From: Cenococcum geophilum | Lineage: Eukaryota | DNA length: 64,000 nt | Assembly: GCA_050273025.1 (NCBI GenBank) | Contig: CP158636.1 | Coordinates: 2,046,001-2,110,000, forward strand | Direction of reading: 5' to 3' | Part shown: positions 1 through 13,838 of the stretch, piece by piece | Position numbering within the stretch: position 1 is the stretch's first letter | Layout of the letters: the number at the start of each line of letters is the position of its first letter | Translations under genes and position numbers: made by a program | Notes under the pieces: generated by a model | What the model was told of the DNA's origin: nothing | The model's database searches: none | What the model saw: only the letters and a program-made list of their open reading frames with translations

Positions 1-399
1 GTCTTCCTTTTCTATCACCACCTTGCATTTTAATGACCTCCTATTAAACTTCTGAGCGGCTAGATACCAATTATAATGGCAAATTCGAGTTAGTAAGAGC
101 CTTAAGGCTATATAGAAGACAATCGGCCGAGTCCTTATAGAGTTTAACTGCCGCCACTGCATGCGATGATTTTGAATTAATTGCAACCGTACTTTTGGAA
201 TCCTAGTATAGGCTTCGTGTATAAGGATATGTATGATATTAAGCTAATACCATCGCTGCCGGATACCCCGCAGGAAGGGAGGGTAAGGTTTCCTCCCTTA
301 TACGAGCTCTCGTCGTCGCCAGTATACCTAGCTTCCCCCCCTCCGCATACACCTCCGTATCTTAAAGCCCGCTATATAGCTCGCCCTATCCCCTTACGA

Positions 400-1480
400 G
401 ATACGTCCTCGCAGAATGGTATTTTAACTTCCTTATAGCCACTAATTATAATTCTATTATTAGCTAAGTGACTAGCGAACGCTCTAACTCCGTTATCTAA
501 GCAATTACTAACGGCCCCCTGGGGGGAGCTTAATTAGGATCCTACGGAGCCTGTAGGTAAGAAAATAATATTTAAGACTTCTAAAAGGATGGGCAAATGG
601 GTGTTAAAGAAGGTGCTTATTAAATAGAGTAAAGGCCTTAAACTTAATGTTGTAAGGATGGTTGCTGCTAGGAAGAAAAAGTATTTAAATACTCCTTTAG
701 ATAACGCCTTTTGCAAGAATATTAAGAAGGATTTTAAATGGGAGCTAAACTTTGAGCTGAGCAATCTATATAGGATAATATTTGGGGGTAAGAACGGCGT
801 TAGCTAGGACGGTAAGCAGAAGATCCTTCCTGGTTAGATTGGTAAGAGGAGGAGATTCCTAGCCGGTCGCAATAAGGGAATAGGAAGGGAGTAATTTAAT
901 AAGTTTGACCGCTATATTAATGATATAATTAGTATAGTGGAGGAGAAGAAGTGTAGAAAAGAGGAAGACTCTAAAACGGAAGAGCAGCTTAAATAGGAGA
1001 GGAAGGATAAATACGAATTATGTACCTTTATGCTAAAGCGGGTGTTAAAACGTTGAGCTAGTGAATTTAAATCTGTAGGCGATACTATTACTACCGAGTT
1101 GAACGACGAGTCCTTGCGCGACGTAGTTATATACGAAGGCTTTTGTTTAGGGCAGTCTCGTAAGCGGGCTTTAGTTAATAGCGCATTAATTATAAATAGC
1201 TCTAATGCAGTCTTTAAGCGATATTTTAAGATATAGGAGAGCGCTACTGCCTTACGCGAGAGTGTTGTAAAGGAGGAGCTTTGACTGAGGAAGGAGGAAT
1301 TAGAAATCTAGAGGCGGCGCTTTGAGCGGGAGGACTCTACTATAGGTAAGGTTGTAAGCTTAAAAAGAGATTAGATGAGAGCGAAGAGATTATAAGATAT
1401 CGCAATTAAGAATAGAATAGTCGGTTTAATAGGTTAGAGGATCTTTTAGTAAAGCTATTTAAGAAAGAAGGTGGTAAGTA
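400..1480 (+). pseudogene. RIP-degraded accessory ORF of a PIF/Harbinger-like element (convergent with the transposase); boundaries approximate
   Basis: Long purine-rich frame broken by TAA/TAG/TGA stops; coiled-coil-like KEEL*LRKEELEI*RRRFERE at ~1270-1333. A two-ORF layout is typical of PIF/Harbinger elements. Confidence 0.4.
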
Positions 1481-1749
1481 ATTGGGTTAGAGAGTATGAT
1501 CTTTTTATATTTTGGTAACGGATTAAGCTTATTCCTTTACTTTTAGCCTGTCTATTATAGCTTTTTATAGATTTTATATATAAATTATATACAAAAGTTG
1601 TATATGCGCGAAATTTGAAGGCTACTTAAAGGACTTAGAAATCTGCCTAAAATCTCTACTTACCCACTATTTTGCCTACCTTACCTACCTTACCTTCTAC
1701 TCGTCCGAAACCCTTCCTATAACTACTTAACTTAATTCTACCCTAAATA

Positions 1750-2990
1750 GTCTTTTACAGAGGGCGGCTAGCAGTTAAAACGGCTTGTAATTATATCTGC
1801 TTGGCTATATAGATAAGTTAATATATTATATAGGAAAACGGATACTAAGAAGTACGTAGCCACCGGCTAGCTGGCTGATTAAAGGCTTTACTTAAAGTGG
1901 TTATAAGTAAGGTAGTTCTCTATATTTCTAAATGAAGTCTCTACTATAACTCTAGCTCCTAATAATTTGTGATTTAACTGTAGCTGCTTTTTAGTTAACT
2001 ATTAAAATCCTTGCTAATTGTTTTATAGGGGAATGTAGCCGTATAACTCTCTATAAGTATTATCGCCAAATAGAAACAGCGGCTCGTAATTAGCGAATAT
2101 CGTACAGAGCTTCTTGGCTACACTAGATTCGCTATATATATCCTAGTCGTTTAAGGGAGCTAGGAAGGGCTTAGAGGTATAAGAGATAAGGCCATCTGGG
2201 GTAGTAATTAATTAATATTTAAGGCCGTTTCCCTTATAATAGCTAGAATACGTCTATAATTAGTGGACACTATTTACTAGCCGATAGAATCTAAAGAAGG
2301 TGCCGTTAATTGCACCCTATACTTAACCCTCCCCCTAGCCAGCCTCTTCTAGATATTATGTATAATGAGAGAATTCGGTATAATTATTTAGCTATAGGCG
2401 CTAGTGAATTAAGTTGTGCTAGTTGCGATAGATACGCTCTACCGAGCTATTAAAAACCTTAGAGATCTAAGAGCGACTGTGACCAATATTCTTAGTATAG
2501 TGGTAGTACCGCGTTAGGTATGCGAGATAATTATAGAGCGTATACATTGCCTTCTCTGGTAAAGCCTTATACGTATTAAACTTTATAGGCTCCTTAGTAT
2601 GATATATAAGCGGCGCTAGAGCTTAAATCTTATCTGGGCGGAAGCTATTTTACACTTAGAGCTGGCACCTATACTGAAGCTAAATTGGACGACCTTACTA
2701 AGTCTCTCGCCAATAAACCTTATCGTTAATTTTATCTAAATCCCATTGGAAATGGGGTGCTTAAAAGGATGCACGAGTATTAGGCGCATAAACACCACGC
2801 CAAGACTCCTCTATTAATGTAGCCTAGCGTTAACTCGCTGTCTAAAGAAGGAGGAAGCCGTTATCCTCGTCGTCGTAGAAGCGGCTTATTAATTCGGGCG
2901 GTATATACGACGGAGGCTTTAATACATAACTACCAAACGCGTTAGATTCAAGCGACGCGATAAAATTGTGACGAGAGGCTTAATATTGGA
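1750..2990 (-). mobile_element. RIP-degraded PIF/Harbinger (HARBI1/DDE_Tnp_4-type) transposase; boundaries approximate
   Basis: Minus strand reads V*GAINGTF (=WGAIDGTF, ~2296-2322), TYSSYYKGNGLKY*LITTPDGLIS, LFGDNTY and ARVIVETSF. These match the DGT / YSG..K / PDG / GD.AY / R..VE..F motifs of this family. Confidence 0.8.
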
Positions 2991-3969
2991 TAAATTAGGT
3001 ATAGTACGATAGCAAGGCTCCCCTGTATAACCTCAATCGACGGCGTCCTTTACTAAGCCGTATACTAACTCTACGCAGCAGGTGTTTCGCGGATCCTCAT
3101 TTTCCAGAAAAACCGCTCTAATGCTAGGAATCTAATTTCGGTTCGTTAAGTCGGCCAATCAAATCAATAGGATTAGCCGGTACAAAACGACTTTCTACTT
3201 TGACTTTCTACTGGGGGGAAGGGGGTCGCTACCCCCCTACCAACAAATTTTACTTTGCTGCTTCTACTACTGCTCCTGTATCCCATACTTACTGCTTTAG
3301 TGTTTCCCTTCCTCACCACCATGACAGCCAGTATCACCCGCTACCTGGCTATTTGCCCCCTTCCTGCGTCCGACACCACAGCCAGCCTGATCTTACTCGA
3401 TTCGCCCTCGACGTGCTCGTAGTGCTTCCTATAAGCGGTAGATACGAATGGCTGTTTAATAGCTATAAGATCCTCCTCGAAGATTGACGATCCCGCCTAA
3501 AGATGGATATTATTAAGGCGAACAAGTATCTTCGGCATAGGCATAGGCCGCCTATAAAGGGTATATTTAATAATAAGGACATTGGTAAAGCGGAAGGTAA
3601 GGAGCAGGGTCCGCAGGAGGCAGAACTCTCACTAAAGGAGCAAGCTAAGGCTCGCCTTGCGGCCGCAGTTGCTGCGGAGGCTGCTGCTCAGGAGGACGCC
3701 GCTGCGGATGAGGAAGCTTTAGCTGAGGAGGAGGCTATTAAGCACGACTGTGAGGTGGAGGATGAGGAACGGGAGGGTGGCAAGATGGAGAACGAGCTTC
3801 CTGATGTCAATTAAGGTATAATATAGACGATTTTATATATAATTTAGTAAGGTTCGCTACCTCTACTTTTAATCCTTAACACTATAATATTGCTAAGATT
3901 TACCATATTAGGTCTAGTGGGTAGACTGGAGCTCCTTGGAGCTCTTGGATCCAAATCTGGTTTCCATAG

Positions 3970-4005
3970 GACTGGACTGGATCGATCCTTAAATCCAGTC
4001 CAGTC
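3970..4005. repeat. Perfect 13-bp inverted repeat (hairpin) near the edge of the repeat-derived region
   Basis: gactggactggat (3970-3982) / atccagtccagtc (3993-4005) with a 10-nt loop. Confidence 0.85.
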
Positions 4006-4425
4006 TAAAAAGATCACTGCCGGCACTGTAAGATACGGCAATTCATATCTAACGACACCTTTGGATCCAGATTGATGACAGTCTTAGAATCAGATTTATT
4101 GCAGTGTGGGTGCATAATTCTTGAGAACGAAAGGTTGAATCGAGAAAGATGTCTCCCGAGTCACGCGATTGAATCCATGTGAAACGACTATCACGCCACA
4201 ATCTCACCCCTCCCAATTTACCAGCCCGCCTCCTACGAACCTACAGCTATCATGAATATCTCGACCCCAAAAATACTCTAAAATCAATGTCCAGATAGCC
4301 TCTGCATTGGGCTAACTGACCAGCGTATGACCAAACCTAACGCGCCTGCGTTACACAAGGCTGCATCAGCTTTAGTGCGATCTTAAACTGGCAATTCTCA
4401 CCCAAATCCACCGCATTGACTGATA

Positions 4426-7400
4426 ATGGCACCTCCACTCCCTAAGGCCCATAGACCTCAGACCCAGCCCATGACGATTGTGCTGAGGAGCATTTGTCGT
4501 GACTACCCTGCTGGTGGTGGAATCTTGCGCGAACTGCTCCAGAACGCAGACGATGCCGGAGCCTCGAGCGTTGTACGTAGATTACCTTTGCTCTTTCCAC
4601 TGCAACTTTGTCTTTCATTCTTTTCTTTCGGACAGGTGCTGACTCCATCTATAGAGACTCGTCCTCGATTTAAACAGCTACCCAACGGACAATCTTCTTC
4701 ACGCCGATCTTGCCCAGTATCAAGGTCCTGCACTTTTGGCATATAACAGTGCCGTCTTCCCAGCTGAGGATTTTGAGTCCCTCTCGCGAGTGGGAGATTC
4801 CCGCAAACTTCGGGATGCCTACTCGACTGGCAAATTTGGAAGAGGGTTTAATTCAGTAAGCTGTAATTCTGTAGCTGACCGTCACAGTCACTCAGTATAT
4901 CTAGGTTTACAATTGGACTGATTCACCATCCATTGTGTCCAAGGATAACCTTCTTATTCTTGACGCGCATCACCGGTGGTCGGCTAGCTTTCCCAATTGC
5001 ACCAATCCTGGCGGTCCGATGTGGGACTTCGTGGCCAATGCAGGGGAAGTGGAAATGGGAAATCAAATGAGCGCATTTTCGGCCGTCATGGAGGTACCCG
5101 ATAAGCCGTTTGACGGTACGATCATTCGAATCCCGTTGAGAACCGCGTCGCAGGCAGAAGCGAGTGAGATCTGCAAGCGACCAACCACAGCCTCTGACGT
5201 CGAGGAGGTCATGAGAAAGTTCGCCTCTGAATTTGAAATCTCCGGGCTGCTTTTTATGAAGAATATCGAGAGTATCAAGATTGAGATTGGAGGTGCTGTG
5301 GATTCCAGTATCAAGATCTGTAATACGGAGCATGTGAGAATGTACGTACTACATGTGATTCAACCAAGAGTATTTTCTTACAATTGGGACAGGAACAGGC
5401 GATTGGTCAATGACATGGTTAGGACAGCGTCTACGGAACCGGAAAAGCCATTTGAACTTTCATTTGATGTCGAGATAGAGTCTGCGTCCCCAACTGCGAA
5501 TAGTCGAACAAGCTTCGCCGTGCATCACAGCATTGCAAGCCATCCAGCAGAGGAAAAGCTACGAGACTGGTGCAATGCTCAAGCCATGATACCTTGGATT
5601 GCAGTGGCAGCTCAAATCCCTGTAAGTTATATGGACCCAAGAAAATGCTAGCAATAATTCTAAGATCCTGATAGGCAGATGCTCCGGGAATGAACAACGG
5701 TTCCCTATTTACGGTTCTGCCTCTGCCAATCCCTACGAACCAGCCGGTCCATATACATGGCCTCTTTAGCCTATCTCCAGACCGGGCCCGGATCCATGGT
5801 AGCAGCGACAGCAGTGTCCAAGATCAACTACCTGCACAATGGAATGAGTGGTTGTTTGCTAGGCCAATTCCGACGGCCTGGGTCAATATGTTGCTGCATG
5901 TCGCACAGCGAGATCCTGAACGAGCTGCGTTTGCAAAGTGGCCGTTGACAGTGGCAAACTGTAATGATGTAATGGATGGGATGATTCAGAAGGTCCTGCA
6001 GATTGCCCAAGACAGGTCCTGCCGGATTTGGTACACTGACCTTGGCTATACAAGTTCAAACCTAGGACTACTAGCCAACGGAGATGAATCGCCAGCCTTG
6101 AGGAGAGCTCTATGCGACGTAGGAACCCCCATGATCTACCTTCCGGATACACTATTGCCTACCGTGCAAAGTAGCAACTTGGTGGAGCGTCTAAGTCCAA
6201 CTTCTCTGTGTGGCCGCCTCGAGAGAAGCAGACATCAAGTGCGAGCATTGATCGAGGATGCAAAGCAAGCCCTTCTCGAATATATCTTGTCAGATCCTAG
6301 CTTTCGGGGATATGGAGCTATGGAGCTATTTCCCTTCGAGGATGGAACGTATAAGTCAATCGATCGGCGTGTTGCTTTCGTTCATCGAGATGAAGATGAA
6401 CACGCCCTATTCGGCCGTGAACTGCATCTAAATATTAGTCTTGGAAGGCTTTCAAAAAACACCGTACATGCCCTGAGGAACGGATTGTTGCGCTCCTCTC
6501 TGCATTCCTCTCTCCGGCAACGCTCAAGTAATGATCTCAAATCTTATTGTTTGAGCACATACTTCAAGAATTTCGATCCAAGTCAAGACTTCGTTTGCTT
6601 AGACGGTGATACGAAGGCTTTCGTCTCCAACATTTGGGACTGGATCGTGGCAAGAGGTTACAGCCTACCCGAGGTGGACGTATCTTGCTTGTGGCTTGTG
6701 CCACTTTCAAATGGCCAGCATAGGAAACTGAAGCCACAAAATCCGTCAAGTGGAACGATTTACGCACCTCCGGGAGAAATTGGAGACTTCCTTCGCAAAA
6801 TGGCCACTATCGACGCAGTCTCCAACAAACCCATTGTGTTTTCAGACAGTCTTTCATCTCGCGCATTAAAGCTTCTCGTAGATGCCTCCGTGAATGATTC
6901 TAGTCTATTAGTCAAAAACGGCGGGGTCTTGGAAGACTTCACGTTTTGGCTGAATAACATTCATCAGGCTATAGAACGAGCATCCGATGACGATAAACTT
7001 CATCTGCAGGAACTTCTAGTTTCACATTGCCATCTTTGCAGAGATATTCCAGCTATTTCGAGCGCATTACGAGGACTCAAAATCTTTCAGAAACTCACTT
7101 GGAAGCCGGGAAATGGCTTGGAACCTTGCTTTAGTTGGACATCTCTTAATGGCTATTCGGAAGTCATCGGATTACCTGGAAATGTGCCCGTACCGGATGG
7201 GACAAACGTACTTTTCGTGGACGCCAAATTGGAGGATACTAGAAAGTTTCTCACGGAATTTCAGCTGGCGGCGTGCCCATGTACTGTGAGCCTTTTGAAG
7301 GACTTCATAGTTTCATTTTGGGAAAGCGGACACTTCAGAGGTCTGAGCATATGTTGCAGAGAGCATATTGCGAGGCTATTCTTCAGTCACTTCTACAATT

Positions 7401-10400
7401 TCGAAGGGGGCACTCGTGAAAGACTAGCATCACTACCCTTTCTCCCTCTCTCCCCCATTGATGACAAGAGGGTCTCAAAATTCGCCACGGCAGCACAACT
7501 TATTGACTCGTCTAACCACCTCCTGCGAAGTCTATTTTTTGATGATGAAGAGGTTTTTCCAGCCCAGTGGGTCATGGACGAATACAAAGGAGTAGCCATT
7601 GACTGTGGTCTACGAGAGCGCCTCACCGAAGACCTGGTTAAGGGTCGAATTAAGTGCTTCGCGAACGACCATGACGATACTGAACGAACGTGGGACCTAG
7701 CCGGCAAATTACTCCAGTCTAAAGTGGAGTGGTCGTCAGGCGCAGACACAGAACTACCTGTCATTCTACGGGAGCTGGAGTGGCTCCCAGCTATCGACTG
7801 TCATGGAAAGAAGGTTCTAGCAAATGCTACTCAATGTCGCGGACTTGGCGATCATTTGCTCGTCGGACTTGTGCATTCACTTGTCCAGTTTGATATTACG
7901 GAAGATTGGAAGCAGCGACTTGGCTGGAATGAGGCGATTCCAATTACCACGCTTCTCGCGCAGTTGGAGCGAGGGATTGAGAAGGAGGACGGGAAGGTTG
8001 TCCACGCCGTTCTGAAGTATGTTCAAGGAGAGGGCCAAGTCGAAATCTGCTATAAGGAGTTGATGGATCTCCGATGCATCCTGACTCAAAGTGGCTGCTT
8101 TGTCGGTCCTCGAATGGCCTCTCATACTGGCTGCGAAAGACTTGAGCCATACCTATACAATATCGACAACAGCTTTTGGTATGATAATTCTTCGCTCCTT
8201 CAAAGACTTGGAATAAAAGAAAAGCCCGACCTCGAAGATTTGTTGCAGGCCCAAAGAGAATTTCAGCGAAGAAAAGAAGCCGAAGAAGAGGCCAGTCTGG
8301 GGGAAGCAGATATAGCAGTTCAAATCGAGATCATCAAGCTCGCCGCTGTCTTTGGTCGGGATCGTTTGTCAACCTTGATGATTGTTAGCGCTATAGGGAG
8401 TCTTTGTGCACTTGAGGATGCAACTTATAATGATCTTGGACCGCTTTCACCAGTACAAGGGACCACCAATTTCACACATCCGGATATTTCTTATAGCATT
8501 GTCGTAAAGTTACGAATTCAACCACTGAGTGAACGAATCAAGAAGGGACAGTTGGGCTTGGCCGATATTGATGATGACGAGTTCGACCAACACGAGGAAG
8601 TCACGGATGGCATCAATGATACACTTGAACGCTACCCGGTTGAAGCGACGTTCAAAGAGTACCTGGCGAATGCAGACGATGCTGGAAGCGCAACGCAGAT
8701 CAATTGGCTCCTTGATGCTAGACAACATCCACAAGTATCTCTTGCGACTCCAGAGCTATCGGCGTATCAGGGACCTGCTCTAGTGGTCCACAATGATGGG
8801 ATATTTCAGGAAAAGGATTTCGAAGGGTTGAGCACGTTGGAAGAGGTAGTAAGAGAGATGATCCTTCCACAATCGGCAAGTTTGGTAGGGGATCTCAAAC
8901 GATGTATCACTGGACCGATGTTCCAATGCTGCTATCAGGAAGCTACTTAGTGGTTCTAGAGTAAGTGTCTCTGTTTTCTCTTATTATTCTGTTTTGTCGT
9001 TTTCATCTTCCCCCTTGTCTTTTTGCTAAGCCATCTTACTCACTATGCCCTAGTCCTTTACAGCACGTCTTGCACATGAACTATCGCACCGGCCGTCGAA
9101 TGCCAGGTGTCAAAATCGAGCTCTCAAGACTTAAGAGTACATGCCCGGATCAACTAGCTCCTTTTGATGGCCTGTGGGGTTACTCTCGGGAGCGGGAATT
9201 TTACGAGGGTACAATTTTCCGATTTCCCCTTCGACCTTCGACTGTGCATTCGAGGCTGAGGGAAAGCAAGACGCCATTGGATTACACTGCAGCACAACGG
9301 TATATGGAAGAATTTCTTGACGAAGCGCGCATCTCATTAATATTTTTGAGAAATGTGCGGTCAATCGATTTCGAGGTATACGGGGAGAGGCATCCTCGTT
9401 GGTCGGTAAAATCCTCCAGCAGGGGACTGGAAGATGACTTCTCTGACTGGACCGTCTGTACCGTGACCAAAGGAAACGGATTGGATGGCGGCACTACGAT
9501 AGAAGATCGGTGGTGGACTGCCATTCAGGATCCGGCGGAATTCCCGACTGAGCTTCTGCATCGCCACAAAAGGAGAATGAAGGATGTCCAATGTGGAATG
9601 GCTGCATTAGTATCTTCCACTCCCGCTGGTAAAGATGCAAAACTTTATGCTGCTCCAAAATCAAGAATATTCAGCTCTCTTCCTCTCCCGTTACAATGGG
9701 ACTTACCAGTCAATGTCCACGCCACCTTTATTACTTTTGGAGATAGAAATTCCATCACCATCGAAAGTTCTGCTCGAGAGGATGGCGCAGACTGGAACAG
9801 ATGGCTGCTCACTTCGGTGATACCAAGCTTGTATCTTCCTTTCCTTGAGGACCTTACGAGAAAAGTAGGCCAAGATGCTTTTCGCCTTTGGCCCAAGCAA
9901 GTCCCACCCAAAGGCTCTCTTTCAGAGCTGGTTTACACTTCATTCTGGCAACAATTGCCCAGCAGCTCATGTCGCCTCTTTCCATTAGCCCGTCAATTGG
10001 ATAGGAAGAAGAAACGCCAGCCTCCAAAGGCTTTAGAGATCAAAGAGGCCACCTTTGATTTCCTATCCAGCGAGACATCGGAACTTTTACGAGATGTCCT
10101 TGAGTCTCAGATTCCAACGCTTGTCCGCGTCCCATTTACAAAGTTGCAATCACTAGAGCCAAGGATTACATCCGTTACACCAAGATTGCTTCGGGAGATT
10201 TTTCGGTCGGAAGCAGCAGCTGAATATCTGATCAAATCCAACTCCAAACTCAAGGCTTTGGAAGTTCTCCTGAAGGAGATAATGCCCGCGGCCGATGCCG
10301 ACTTTGAAGAATTGGATGGCTGTCGTGTACTTCCACTTGCGGATGGCACTTTAGGTGTGTTGAGTATCGTAGGCCGCTCCAAACCAACTCTTACGTACTA

Positions 10401-12995
10401 TGCGGCCAGCGAGCGGGAGGGGGAACTCTTTGATTTTGCCTCGGAACTTTTGACGCTGGTGAATCAAGGGAATGACTTTAAGGTCAAACTCCTGAATCGC
10501 CAAAAGAAGTTCAATATCAAGAGACTGGATCTCTCTGACTTCGGGACGCTACTTGGGAAGAAGGACTTTCAGGCAAATGCTTCTGTAACAGAATTCGACG
10601 CCTGGTTGCAGCGCTTTTGGGAGTTCTGGCGTGAGAAAGAGATCCACAGTAAAGAAACAATCACATTAATGTCTGGCTCTGGAGTTCACAATTATCCAAT
10701 CTTACGGGCTACTTGCGATGGCATCAAAACATACTTGAAACCATCTGAGCACAAGAACCTCCCATCAGTTGTTGAGCCGGCAGATGAGCAACATCAGAAA
10801 TTCTGCGATAAGATTCCTGGACTCTACAGGCTCAATAGCGAGTATATGCCATTATACCTCAAGTCAGCTGAGGATTCACTGAAGAAAGCGTCCTCATTTG
10901 CCCGATTGATCAATAGTTTTTCAGTGCTTGCCGTACGACAGGCAGGAGGGCTTGAGAAATATATTAGGACTATCTTCGCAGATGTCGAATTAGAGGTATA
11001 ATCTTCGCATAACCTGAATTAGGGCACGAGAATGCTGACGTTGATTTCAATCAGATTCTTCGACAACTTGTGAAAAATTACTTAGACCTGGATCCTTCCG
11101 ATCCGTTCCGTATAAAAAATAGGCTGGAAATTCTACCAATATGGCCTACTGTCAGTGCTTCACATCCCTGTATCGCCGCTGGTACGGCCCTAGTTCCAGC
11201 TGACTACAAGCTCTTACGGCCATGGATGTCTGAGTATGACCGATTTGTTCAATCCGGAATTGCAACCTCATATTCTTCAACGCTAAAATCATTAGGCGTG
11301 CAGGAGAGAGCTGACACTATTCTTTTGGAGACAAACATACTCCCGCACATGCCTCAGACGGTCGCCCCTGGTGCTGAAAAGGATTATCAATTGTTTATTT
11401 TGGCGCTTTCCCAAGTCTGCGAAGTTAATCATCCACGAAATTTCTCCCACAGAAACAAGAATAACGGAGAAAGATGGCGATTTATCAATCTCATGTCTGT
11501 TTCAAGGCTAGCGCCTGATGGAAATGGTGTGTTGCATCTTGCAAGCGCGCTTTTCGATCACGGTGATCACATTTTCCAGGCGGCATTTCGAGAAGAAGTA
11601 GCCAAGAGATTCCTGATGACAGCAGTTAGGGGCCGTAAACAATTCTGGTTGGACATCGGTCTTAAGCAAAGAAGCGGCTCAAACTTCGCAAAGGATTATA
11701 CCTTGTGCCTGCAAACAATGAGGAAGCGACTTGAAGCTTGGAACACTCCTCCCTTGAATCCTCGACTTGCATCTGACGCTCAGGCAGTTCTAGAACCCCT
11801 GACGTCTTCATTACCTAGCGCTACCTCTGGCTTTTCCGAGAGCGAATGGTTGATGGTTCGAAAAGAGGCCATCTTCCCTGCTTTGACAGCTTTGGACAGC
11901 CAACCAAGCTACAGACGAGATTCTATGGCTGCCTTAGCTGCATCGAAGCTTCTTCTGCCACTCGAGGATGTTATCAAGTCCCAGTATGTACCGATCTGCT
12001 GGAGCCAAACTTCATTTTCCTCAATTGAGCCATCTGAGATGGCATTCCAGAAAATCATGTTACACGGAAGACCTCCAATTAGCATGGTGTGGCAGCACCT
12101 TAACCATTTGATGCAGTCCGCAGAACACTTGGCCGAAGGCGCAATCCCAAGTTTTCTATCTGACTTGGCTTCCACATATGATTTTCTGCAAGACAATCTC
12201 CATCAGAGCAGCGACTCTTTCACGCATGCAACAAGCCCGTTGTGGCTTAACCTGGCCATTACTGATGACGCTTTGGTACGTTTAGAAGATCTCCAGTCAT
12301 CTTGGCTCAAGATTGAGCATCTGGTACTGCTAAGCCCCTGTGATTCGCCTCCTTTGATGTCTGTGCAACCAAGATTGATGCGGCATGAGAGGCTGCTGAG
12401 GGCGCTTGGTTGTAGAACCATTGTCTACCCTACCATTGTTGGGCCCGACGTCGGTATGGCGGAGTCCTTGTCTGCTTCAATGACTCGAATGAGACATGAA
12501 GGGAAGATGTTAGACATAACTCTATCGGCAGACGGAAAAGATATACAAGCACATAAAATCGTCCTCGCTGCTGCCTCGGCTCATTTTGCGGCCAATTTTA
12601 ACGGAAATTGGGCCAAGGATGAACGGATCAACCTAGAAGGCATCTCATTTCACACCTTGTCCATGGTAGTTGATTTCGCCTACGCAGATATATTTGACTG
12701 GACGCCCATGCGAGTCACGGACGAAAACGCAGTTGATGTGATTGCTGATAGGCTCGACGATCTTCTTGACCTCCTAACGGCGGCGGATCGCTTCCTAATG
12801 CCGGCACTCACAGTTCAGGCTGAAGGTGAACTCTTGAAGGCAGGTCGCTCATTCATTAGAATTGATAACGTACTGGACATTCGGGCCCGGGCTGCCGAAG
12901 CAAATGCACACTACTTGAAGAACGCTTGTGAGGAGTTCTACCAGAAGAACAAAGTGCCGGTGGACTTGATTTATAGTTCAAGGAGTGCATGGTGA
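4426..12995 (+). CDS. Sacsin-like protein (~2,727 aa if the frameshift is repaired): two HSP90-like GHKL (sacsin repeat) modules plus a C-terminal BTB/POZ domain; 7 exons; 1-nt frameshift at ~8831
   Basis: Exons 4426-4572, 4655-4855, 4905-5341, 5393-5621, 5675-8960, 9054-10995, 11055-12995; all junctions GT-AG and frame-consistent (5342-5392 is an in-frame 51-nt intron, less certain). Module 1: RELLQNADDAGA..YQGPAL..GKFGRGFNSVYNWTD..GTIIRIPLR..LPVHIHG-like. Module 2: KEYLANADDAGSA..YQGPAL..GKFGRGSQTMYHWTD..GTIFRFPLR..LPVNVHA. BTB: DITLSADGKDIQAHKIVLAAASAHF..LSMVVDFAY (~12500-12900). Confidence 0.88.
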
Positions 12996-13838
12996 ATTGC
13001 AACATAATTACACCTTTAGTGGGTAGGGGCGGATTTTCTTGGCCCTTCCTTTTTCTTCTTATTTAGCTCCTTCAGGCAGATGAGAAATGCAAAGAAAAAG
13101 CGCCACAACTAATTTTTCACATGCTATGTGGTGCTTGGATGTTTGGTTTTGCTTTCATGGCTGGCTTTGCTTCTTGCTACTGTGGGAGCTGTCACAAATC
13201 AGTGCTGGCTGGCGCTATACTGTCTTTATGATACAGCTACCCATATTCGCTAAACACGTGGAACAAATCAAACACGCGAATTTGACGTAGAGCTGGAATT
13301 ACATAGAGACGATAACATGTGAAAGTTGGGAGCCCAGGAAAACGACAGCAAGGATGACGAAGTAACATGCTTTTGATTTGTCTTTCCTACTACCCCGAAG
13401 ATATTGAGACCTAGAATATTGTGACTTTAGATAGCGAATCAATGATGCTGTAAGGCGGTACCTGGGTATTAAAACTAGTGTGGACATATTTATGGATGGT
13501 GGGGCTTTTGTGGCTCAAAATCGCGGGGTACTGTACTACCTGGGCCGCCGCTAATTCACGCAGAAAGTCCTCGGGAAACACCCAATCATCATTTTCAAAA
13601 TCTCGGGTGCATGGCGGTGTGGGAGATCGGCGCGGAAGTAAGAGTAACTTAATATCGTTCTCTTGACCTACAGGCCACCTACCCCATCTACAACAATTCA
13701 ACAAGATATTTCCCAATCCGCTGCGCTGCAAATGACACGCAATACACGCTCGGCCGCACGTTCCTGCAGGAAGTTTATGTCATTGCTAATTACGAGCGCT
13801 CGAACTTCTCAGTTCACCAGGCACTATTTTAGTCACCG

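Noticed and set aside
155..4106. CACTGCA...TGCAGTG as TIRs of a CACTA-type element
   Set aside because: Only 7 bp match, no TSD, and the enclosed transposase is Harbinger-type
8809..8835. Programmed -1 ribosomal frameshift signal
   Set aside because: No X XXY YYZ heptamer at the site where the alignment places the shift; a simple deletion or sequencing error is more parsimonious
4442..12421. Numerous short antisense or alternative-frame ORFs overlapping the sacsin-like gene
   Set aside because: Shadow ORFs of a long coding sequence
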